From Armatimonadia bacterium (GTDB lineage: Bacteria > Armatimonadota > Zipacnadia > Zipacnadales > UBA11051): DNA of 14,490 nt. The translations under genes were made by a program, and so were the position numbers. Where the stretch lies: assembly GCA_039683575.1 (NCBI GenBank), contig JBDKRC010000209.1, positions 1 to 14,490 on the forward strand. Reading direction: 5' to 3'. Positions 8,074 to 14,490 of this stretch are shown here, piece by piece. Under the pieces are notes generated by a model, which saw only the letters and a list, made by a program, of their open reading frames with translations, searched no databases and was not told where the DNA came from. The first letter of the stretch is position 1; each line of letters begins with the position of its first letter.

Positions 8074-8673
8074 CTACGGGGTCCACCGGACGCTGCCATT
8101 GTCTATGCAGCCGACCATTCCGATGTATGAAAACCACTTCACATGGCCATCCATGAAGCCGAAGTTGGCCCCATCATTGTGGCGCAAGGGGATGCAGGCG
8201 CGGGTGGTGACGCCCTCGTTGGTCGGGCAACTTCCGGGACCGGTGGCGTTGAAAAATGGGGCTGGGCGGGCGGTGTCGCCGATCAGGACAGTAGTCGCTG
8301 GGGCGCTAAAAGTGCCCAGTGCGATGCCGCCGGTCATGCCGGAGGTGATGTTCCAGCCGTAGCGCTGATCGCGTTGGCCTGCGGCGCTAGGGCAGATGCG
8401 GAGTTGCAGGCTCTTGCAGTAGGGCATGACCTTGTCGAGGTAGCAGGGGTTATTGACCCCACCCGAGCAGTTAGTCCCGTGCTGGGGCAGGCGTTCGTCG
8501 AAGTCCTGGCAGTATGACAGGGCGGCGAGCATGAGCTGCTTGACGTTGCTCGAGCAGCTTGCCTGGCGCGCTTTTTCACGGGCCTTGGCGAAGACGGGGA
8601 AGAGGATCGCCGCGAGGATGGCGATGATGGCGATCACGACGAGCAATTCGATCAGGGTGAAGCCGCGACGCAT
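8074..8673 (-). CDS. Prepilin-type N-terminal cleavage/methylation protein with DUF1559 and H-X9-DG motif
   Basis: [43 protein letters not shown], then CPS, and C-terminal [17 protein letters not shown] (H-X9-DG). AGGAG RBS at 8683-8687; GTG 8676 is an alternative start. Confidence 0.93.
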   Translation of the reverse strand: MRRGFTLIELLVVIAIIAILAAILFPVFAKAREKARQASCSSNVKQLMLAALSYCQDFDERLPQHGTNCSGGVNNPCYLDKVMPYCKSLQLRICPSAAGQRDQRYGWNITSGMTGGIALGTFSAPATTVLIGDTARPAPFFNATGPGSCPTNEGVTTRACIPLRHNDGANFGFMDGHVKWFSYIGMVGCIDNGSVRWTP

Positions 8674-8722
8674 CACGATCAACTCCTGTCAGTTGTGAAT
8701 TGCTGCCACTGTTCCTACTTTC

Positions 8723-8748
8723 TTCGCCAGATGGTCGCCTTTTCCTGC
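8723..8748 (-). promoter_or_regulatory. Putative alternative-sigma promoter GCAGG-N16-GCGAA
   Basis: The minus strand reads GCAGGAAAAGGCGACCATCTGGCGAAG about 50 nt upstream of the start. It resembles the SigH-type AGGA/GAA elements, and the motif recurs twice at 9884-9919. Confidence 0.45.
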
Positions 8749-8763
8749 CACTTGCCTCTGGGA

Positions 8764-9852
8764 TCAGATGGCATAGCCCTCCACGATCTCGGAGACGAGA
8801 CGGACCTTCTCGATGTCGCCGGGTGGCGAGATCTCATCACTGATGCCCAGGACGAGGTTGGGGGCGAAGAGGTCTATGATCTCTTTGGTGAAGTCGGCCA
8901 CTTCCTCATAGCTGTGCTGGGGCATGAAGTGGGTGCAGGGGATGCCGTCGATGAGGATCATGTCATCGCCAAGAGCGGCCTTGATCTCCTGCAGCGTCAC
9001 ATCGCCTTGTGGCACCGGAGTGAGCGCCTCCAGACCGTCCATGCCGGTTTCGTGGGCGTAGGGCAGGAGCATCTTGCAGGCGCCGTCCCAGTGGGAGTGA
9101 CACTTCTTGCCGTGGGCATGAAGCTGGGCTGAGCGCTTCTGGTAGTGGGGCAGGTACCACTGCTCAAAGATGGCGGGGCTCACGAATTCGGCGGCGACAT
9201 TGTCGCCGAAGTTGATGATCTCGATGGGGCAGTTGCAGACTACGTCATAGACGGCATCATCTGTCTGGTTGAGGGTTTCCAGCAGGCCCTCGACCTCCGC
9301 CGGATGGTCGTGGTAGAGGTAGTAGAAGGGCTCAAAGCCGGTGTACTGCACGATCAGGCGCTGGATGTTGATTCGTGGTACATACATCGTAGGAGCCGCC
9401 CGGTCGCCCATTTCAGCGTCGGCGCGGGCGAAGGCGGCATCGTCCCAACGGTAGGTCGTATTGCGCAGGAGGTACTCCAGGACAGGGATGTCCTGCGCCG
9501 TCTTGATTGGGAACTCGCGGGTCTGATGGGCGAGGTCGGTGATGTATTCGAACTGGGTGACGGTACCGACGGGAGTGCGGGTGGTGACGCGGCGGCCGTC
9601 GGGTTCGACCTCGACGGTAGTCTCCACGTCCCCGGTCTGCTCGGCCACCAGGCAGGAGTTGAAGAAGCGATAGCCTCGGACGGAGCAGTTGAGGTCATCG
9701 TAGATCTGCAGGTCGTCCATATCGGCGTAGCGTGCGGGCAGGACGCCGAGGCGGCGATTCACGCTGATCCAGGTCTCCAGGCGTGGCTGCCACAGGACGC
9801 GATCTACTGGCTCATGGCGGAAGATGGCGAGGTGCCGCTGTCGGAAGGTCAT
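8764..9852 (-). CDS. Uroporphyrinogen decarboxylase-family (URO-D/MtaA-like) protein, not HemE
   Basis: Motifs [43 protein letters not shown] and LGISDE. Start placed at ATG 9852 (MTFRQR), after GAGG. Confidence 0.8.
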   Translation of the reverse strand: MTFRQRHLAIFRHEPVDRVLWQPRLETWISVNRRLGVLPARYADMDDLQIYDDLNCSVRGYRFFNSCLVAEQTGDVETTVEVEPDGRRVTTRTPVGTVTQFEYITDLAHQTREFPIKTAQDIPVLEYLLRNTTYRWDDAAFARADAEMGDRAAPTMYVPRINIQRLIVQYTGFEPFYYLYHDHPAEVEGLLETLNQTDDAVYDVVCNCPIEIINFGDNVAAEFVSPAIFEQWYLPHYQKRSAQLHAHGKKCHSHWDGACKMLLPYAHETGMDGLEALTPVPQGDVTLQEIKAALGDDMILIDGIPCTHFMPQHSYEEVADFTKEIIDLFAPNLVLGISDEISPPGDIEKVRLVSEIVEGYAI

Positions 9853-9883
9853 GCAGGTGCCTCGTGAACAGGATGGCAGGAGG

Positions 9884-9919
9884 TTCGCCAGCGCAGGGCA
9901 TGGGGCCTGCAGAGGCGAA
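9884..9919. promoter_or_regulatory. Inverted pair of GCAGG-N17-GCGAA motifs; putative overlapping divergent promoters
   Basis: On +, GCAGG 9893-9897 and GCGAA 9915-9919. On -, GCAGG 9910-9906 and GCGAA 9888-9884. They sit in the 109-bp gap between divergent genes. Confidence 0.45.
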
Positions 9920-9961
9920 CTCCAAGAAAGATCGGAAGCGCGTACACAGGAGGCTGAGTTC

Positions 9962-12900
9962 ATGGGCCGATATGTGCTGATTGCGGCGCTGGTCTTGGCT
10001 ATTGGCGGTGGCGTTCAGGCCGCGGAGAACGGCTTGTTGTTCCATGCTGGCTTTGAGGGGACTACGGAGGCCTTCAGTCTTTCCGGGGCGGGAAAGCCGG
10101 TGGCTGTTGAAGGACCGCAGGCGACGTTTCGGCCGGGGAAGGTTGGACAGGCTCTGCTCTGCGGGGCGGAGTTGACGCTGCTCAAGTACCGGACTGAGGG
10201 CAACCTCGTGCCGCAGTCGGGCTCAGTGAGCCTGTGGGTCAAGCCGCTGAACTGGAGCGCCGATGACGGCAACTTCCACAGCTTCTTTGAGAGCGGCTCG
10301 GACGGCGGGACGACCGGGTGGTACATCCTCTACAAATACTACCAGTATAGCTGGCTGCTGATGCGTTACCAGGATGAGAAGAAGCAGGTCGGTACCGCGA
10401 AGTATGTGGCGCAGTGGAAGCCGGGAGAGTGGCATCATCTGGCAGGTACCTGGTGCCCGGCGGGAATGCGGCTTTATGTTGATGGTGAGCTTGCTGAGCA
10501 GGCGCCGCAGCCGGTGGTGGCGGCGACGCTGGCGGAGACCTTCAATCTGGGCGACGCCGGGTGGCACTTGCCGCACAAGGGCGCCCAGACGCTGCTGGAC
10601 GAGGTGCGCATCTATAGCTACCCGTTGACCGCCGAGCAGGTGCGGGGGCTGGCGGGGAAGGCGGCCTTGCAGGTGACGCGGGACCCGCTTGCCGAGCAGT
10701 GGCGGGCGCAGTTGACACTGCCGGCGGCCGAGTTGGCGAAGCAGGCGACGATGGAGATCGTTCCGGCGGCGGGCGGGGCGGCTGTGAAGACTGTGCCGGC
10801 AACCATCATGGGCGAGGCGGCGGTGGCAGTGATACCGACGGCTGACCTGGCGGCCGGGGAGTATGTGGTGAGGGCGAAGGTATTGGATGCGGCCGGACAG
10901 GTGATTTTCGAGGCGCAGCAGCCGATGCGCAAGCTGGCGCAGGAGCGGGTAGTGCTGGAGAATGGGCGGCTGCGCGTGGTATTTGATGGCGGTACAGGGG
11001 CACTGCTGGCGCTGGAGAAGGCGGGGCAGGCGATGAGGGTGACGACGGTGGCCCCGGCGCCGCTGCTGACGCTGGAAACGGTGCGACTGGAAGAGCATGC
11101 GCGGTTCTATCAGCCAAATGATGTGACGACCACGGCGGCGGGGAACGCCGAGTTGCAGAAGATGGGGGTGGAGAAGGTCGCTGGCGGGCAGAAGCTGGTA
11201 GCGGAGTATGCGTTTGCCAACGGCGTGACGGCCACGGTGACGGCGATGCTGCCGGACGGCGAGGCCGTGGTGGCGCTGCAGGCGAAGGTGACCAACCCGC
11301 GACCACTGAGGCCGTCGGAGGCAGTACGGGTGCCGGCTTTGACGTTCCCGATGATTAGCGGGCTGCGGGCGGGGGCGGAGGCGGGGGATGACTTGCTGGC
11401 GACGGGGATGGTGCAGGGGGAGGTGCTGCCGAACCCGGCAGAGGTGCTGCCGGAGGCACGGTCGCTGCAATATCCGGGGCGGGCCTGCGTACCGTGGCAG
11501 GACCTCTATGACGCTCAGGGCGGTGTGGCGCTGATTCCGCAGGCGGATGGGTCCACGCAGCTTGACGTGCAGGCTGGTGGCAAGGAGGGGCTGGTGAAGC
11601 TCGGGAGCCACTGGTATGTGACGCTAGAGCCGGGGGACACGTGGGACTCGCCGGTGGTGGAGTTGGCGGCGCACGAGGGGGCATGGCATGCGACGGCAGA
11701 GCGGTTCCGCACCTGGGCCTTGAAGGGGACGCCGCCGCGCAAGCAGCCGGAGTGGCTGGCGAAGTGTGATGGGTGGACGGGGTCGGGGTCGCCGAACTGG
11801 AAGTTCACGGAACTGCCGGAGATGCTCAAGAGCGCGCAGTACTATGGGTTTGACTACCTGCAGATGTGGGCGGAGATGATCCTGGGCGGGGCGTACTACA
11901 GCTACTTCTACCCGAACCCGGACCTGGGAACGGAAGCGGAGTTGCGCGCGGCGATCAAGCAGGTCCACAAGATGGGTGGCAAGATCGGGTTCTATAGCAA
12001 CGCGATCTGCTGGGATGGGGCGATAGACGGCAACCCGGCGCTGAAGCAGACGATCGAGAAGTACAATCTGAAGAAGATGCCGCCGATCCCGAGTTTCTAT
12101 GACGAGGTCATCAAGCACATCTACATTGGGCCGGGCGGGGTGTATGGCAAAGGTGGGGCGGCGGGGCATAGCATGAGCGGGTATCCGGACGGGTACTGGG
12201 CCATGAACCCGGGCTCGAAGTGGTGGGGAGACTACCTGGCGTTCTGGATCAGCAAGTGGAACAAGGACTATGGGGCCGACATTTGGTACCTCGACAGCTT
12301 CCCGGTGCACGGGTATGGCCTGGGGTCGGCGAACTATTCGCTGGACCTGGAGCAGCCGGAGGGCCTGAGCGAGGGGCAGATACGGATGCTCAAGCGCATC
12401 CGGCAGGACTTCCAGGGCCCGATGCTGTATGAGGGCGTGGCTTGCGCTGCGCTCATGCCCTGGACGAACTGGTGCCTGGGGACCGAGCTTTCGTTTGGGA
12501 GCGGGACGTGGTCGCGGCCGGAGATTTTCCAGTACAGCTTCGGCGATGTATACCCGGTGTTCTCGGGCACATGCAACAGATGGACGGGGATCGGGACGAT
12601 CTTCCCAGACCTGGGCGGGAAAGCACGGCATGAGGACGCGATGAACTATGTGTTCCTGCTGGGTGAGAGGTTCGATGTGCTGGGGCTGCACCCGGCGAAC
12701 CCGAAGGATGAGTACAAGGAGCACGTGCGCAAGCTGGTGGCGCTGCGCAAGAAGGTGCGGGACGTGGTGTATGGGGGGAGAATGCGGGATGCACTGGGGC
12801 TGAGCGGCATGCCGGAGGGTGTGGAGGCGCGGGTGTTTGTGGGGAAGGGTGGCGCGGTAGTGGCGGCATGGGACCGGCGGGCGGAGAAGGGGGCGTGGGA

Positions 12901-13066
12901 GCTGAAGGTGGATGGGAAGGCGCTGGATTGGCCGGCGGGTGTGGGGAAGGCGAGGGTGCTGAAGTTGGATGGGACGGAGGAGGGGGCGAAGGTGCGGGAG
13001 GACGGGGAGGCGCTGGCGGTGGAGATGCCGGTGGGGGAGGTTTTGGCGGTGAGGTTTGGGAGGTAG
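9962..13066 (+). CDS. Secreted protein: LamG-like jellyroll, Ig-like linker and DUF6259-like putative glycoside hydrolase barrel
   Basis: AGGAGG RBS at 9948-9953 and signal peptide [20 protein letters not shown]. LamG motifs [22 protein letters not shown] and LDEVRIY. The C-terminal half has GH-like [28 protein letters not shown] and LYEG. The family name is from pattern memory. Confidence 0.78.
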   Translation: MGRYVLIAALVLAIGGGVQAAENGLLFHAGFEGTTEAFSLSGAGKPVAVEGPQATFRPGKVGQALLCGAELTLLKYRTEGNLVPQSGSVSLWVKPLNWSADDGNFHSFFESGSDGGTTGWYILYKYYQYSWLLMRYQDEKKQVGTAKYVAQWKPGEWHHLAGTWCPAGMRLYVDGELAEQAPQPVVAATLAETFNLGDAGWHLPHKGAQTLLDEVRIYSYPLTAEQVRGLAGKAALQVTRDPLAEQWRAQLTLPAAELAKQATMEIVPAAGGAAVKTVPATIMGEAAVAVIPTADLAAGEYVVRAKVLDAAGQVIFEAQQPMRKLAQERVVLENGRLRVVFDGGTGALLALEKAGQAMRVTTVAPAPLLTLETVRLEEHARFYQPNDVTTTAAGNAELQKMGVEKVAGGQKLVAEYAFANGVTATVTAMLPDGEAVVALQAKVTNPRPLRPSEAVRVPALTFPMISGLRAGAEAGDDLLATGMVQGEVLPNPAEVLPEARSLQYPGRACVPWQDLYDAQGGVALIPQADGSTQLDVQAGGKEGLVKLGSHWYVTLEPGDTWDSPVVELAAHEGAWHATAERFRTWALKGTPPRKQPEWLAKCDGWTGSGSPNWKFTELPEMLKSAQYYGFDYLQMWAEMILGGAYYSYFYPNPDLGTEAELRAAIKQVHKMGGKIGFYSNAICWDGAIDGNPALKQTIEKYNLKKMPPIPSFYDEVIKHIYIGPGGVYGKGGAAGHSMSGYPDGYWAMNPGSKWWGDYLAFWISKWNKDYGADIWYLDSFPVHGYGLGSANYSLDLEQPEGLSEGQIRMLKRIRQDFQGPMLYEGVACAALMPWTNWCLGTELSFGSGTWSRPEIFQYSFGDVYPVFSGTCNRWTGIGTIFPDLGGKARHEDAMNYVFLLGERFDVLGLHPANPKDEYKEHVRKLVALRKKVRDVVYGGRMRDALGLSGMPEGVEARVFVGKGGAVVAAWDRRAEKGAWELKVDGKALDWPAGVGKARVLKLDGTEEGAKVREDGEALAVEMPVGEVLAVRFGR

Positions 13067-13098
13067 AGGGCGAAGGTAGGTCGGGGATAACGGCCGGA

Positions 13099-13123
13099 GC
13101 GGGCAGGATGCCCGCGCACCTAC
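13099..13123 (-). repeat. GTAG-type REP (GTAGGTGC-GCGGGCA-TCC-TGCCCGC)
   Basis: 5' GTAG tetranucleotide plus a 7-bp stem identical to the stem at 205-222. GCCGTTGCC is adjacent in both copies. Confidence 0.78.
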
Positions 13124-13148
13124 GGCGAGGCAACGGCGGGGTTAGTCC

Positions 13149-13168
13149 GGCATGCGGAGCATGCCTAC
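13149..13168 (-). repeat. Second GTAG-type REP (GTA-GGCATGC-TCC-GCATGCC)
   Basis: Perfect 7-bp stem with a 3-nt loop, in the same orientation as the neighbouring REP. Confidence 0.6.
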
Positions 13169-13183
13169 CACGCGGAGAAAGCA

Positions 13184-14341
13184 ATGGAACAGGATGGGAT
13201 TCATGGGATGGTGCCGCGGGAGAGGATGGCGGAGGGGGCGCGGAAGTTGCGGGAGGCCTATGAGATGGTGCCGGGGGCTCCTCTTTATCGCAAGGAGTTC
13301 TGGCTGATGCCGGGGGCGCTGGAGCGGTGGGCGAAGGAGGGCATGCCGCAGGATGTGCCGCTGGCGGAGCTGTTTCACTATGATGAGCCAGGCGTGTTTG
13401 GGCTGGGGCGGCTAGGGTGGTGCGAGGCGGCGTTTGTGCCCTGCTTTGCGGAGAAGGTGATTGAGGACCGGGGGGATACGGAAGTTGCGCAGGACTATGC
13501 GGGGCGGCACGTGTTGTTTTTCAAGGACAAGCGCGTGGGGTTCATGCCGGAGTATTTGAGCCACCCGGTGAAGGACCAGAAGACGTGGGAGGAGGACGTG
13601 AAGTGGCGGCTGGAGCCGGGGACGCCGGAGCGATGGGCGGGGATGGAGGAGCATCTGGCGGCGGCGAAGGAGGCGGCGGGGAAGGGGCTCATTATGAGCC
13701 AGGGGCTGGTGGGCGGGTATATGTACCTGCGCAGCCTGATCGGGCCGATGGAGCTCTTGTACTTCTTCCATGACCAGCCGGCGCTGATCCATGACTGCAT
13801 GCAGACGTGGCTGAGGCTGGCGGACGCGGTGGTGGCGCGGCACCAGGAGGCAGTGACGCTGGATGAGATCTTTCTGGCGGAGGACATTTGCTATAACCAC
13901 GGGCCGCTGATCAGCCCGGACATGATGCGGGAGTTCCTGCTGCCGTACTATCAGGAGCTTATCAGCGCGGCGAAGGCGCGGCAGATCGATAAGGGGCGGA
14001 AGCTGCATGTGCAGGTCGACACCGATGGTTATGCGGAGGCAGTGATACCGGTCTACCGCGAGGCGATTGGGATGGATGTGATGAGCCCGTTTGAGGTGGC
14101 GTCGGGATGTGATGTGGTGCGGGTGGGGCGGGAGTACCCGGATCTGGTGATCACGGGCGGGCTGGATAAGCGGGTGCTGGCGAAGACGAAGCGGGACATC
14201 GATGAGATGGTCGAGCGGGTGGTGCCGGTGATGCGGGAGCGGGGCGGGTATGTGCCGACGATTGACCATGGGACGCCGGAGGAGACGCCGTACGAGAATT
14301 ATGTGCATTACCGGCGGCGGATGGTGGAGTTGGGAGGATGA
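13184..14341 (+). CDS. Uroporphyrinogen decarboxylase-family (URO-D/MtaA-like) protein, not HemE
   Basis: Motifs EDICYNHGPLISPDMMREFLLPYY, VDTDG, PFEVASG, GGLDKRVL and GGYVPTIDHGTP. GGAG RBS upstream. Confidence 0.85.
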   Translation: MEQDGIHGMVPRERMAEGARKLREAYEMVPGAPLYRKEFWLMPGALERWAKEGMPQDVPLAELFHYDEPGVFGLGRLGWCEAAFVPCFAEKVIEDRGDTEVAQDYAGRHVLFFKDKRVGFMPEYLSHPVKDQKTWEEDVKWRLEPGTPERWAGMEEHLAAAKEAAGKGLIMSQGLVGGYMYLRSLIGPMELLYFFHDQPALIHDCMQTWLRLADAVVARHQEAVTLDEIFLAEDICYNHGPLISPDMMREFLLPYYQELISAAKARQIDKGRKLHVQVDTDGYAEAVIPVYREAIGMDVMSPFEVASGCDVVRVGREYPDLVITGGLDKRVLAKTKRDIDEMVERVVPVMRERGGYVPTIDHGTPEETPYENYVHYRRRMVELGG

Positions 14342-14347
14342 GAGGCG

Positions 14348-14376
14348 AAAACAGAAGGACAGAAAACGGAAAACAG
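14348..14376. repeat. Short degenerate A-rich heptamer repeat (AAAACAG-like x4)
   Basis: AAAACAG AAGGACAG AAAACGG AAAACAG directly after the stop codon. Confidence 0.5.
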
Positions 14377-14421
14377 TCTCTTGTCGGAAGCGCGAAGAGC
14401 GGGGGGGGGCGGCGGGGTGGC

Positions 14422-14469
14422 GCCTGGGGGTGAAACCCCAGGCTGAGCTATGAGCGTCCCTCCGGGACG
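14422..14469 (-). repeat. Multi-hairpin REP/MITE-like element, copy C (two hairpins clear, third degenerate or absent)
   Basis: The minus strand reads CGTCCC-GGA-GGGACG, then CAG followed by CCTGGGGT-TTCA-CCCCCAGG, at the same spacing as in copies A and B. Confidence 0.65.
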
Positions 14470-14490
14470 GCGAGAAGGGGAGGGCGGCGG

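Noticed and set aside
9874-9888. Sigma-54 promoter (TGGCAGGAGGTTCGC, GG-N10-GC)
   Set aside because: It has two mismatches to the consensus and no enhancer-binding protein is in the window. The repeated GCAGG/GCGAA motif explains the region better, though sigma-54 is not fully excluded.
9824-9963. Overlapping N-terminal extensions of the two divergent ORFs
   Set aside because: RBS-supported starts at 9852 (-) and 9962 (+, followed by a signal peptide) remove the overlap.
10223-14308. Long minus-strand Pro/Arg/His-rich ORFs (462, 366, 243 and 298 aa)
   Set aside because: Antisense shadows of G-rich genes, low in complexity and without recognisable motifs.
8764-14341. Annotation as hemE or mtaA
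   Set aside because: The HemE N-terminal RQAGR motif and the canonical H-x-C...C zinc ligands are absent, and there is no pathway context.

Overview
GC-rich bacterial window, probably Armatimonadota or a similar lineage, inferred only from the style of the prepilin/H-X9-DG protein. It holds eight credible CDSs. On + are a YkgJ-type Cys-cluster protein, a membrane-anchored TPR protein and a membrane PAS-PAS hybrid histidine kinase. A putative glycan-utilisation cluster follows: three divergent URO-D/MtaA-like TIM-barrel proteins, a prepilin-type DUF1559/H-X9-DG protein and a secreted LamG + glycoside-hydrolase-like protein. The intergenic DNA is unusually structured. It has two tandem-repeat arrays, GTAG-type REP hairpins, three copies of a multi-hairpin element with GNA loops and a TGTCATTCTGAGCGAAGC repeat. 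The + strand changes from C-rich to G-rich at roughly 7.4-8.1 kb, and the two multi-copy REP-like families flip orientation with that switch. A GCAGG-N16/17-GCGAA motif precedes three cluster genes. I found no CRISPR array, rRNA, tRNA or transposase.
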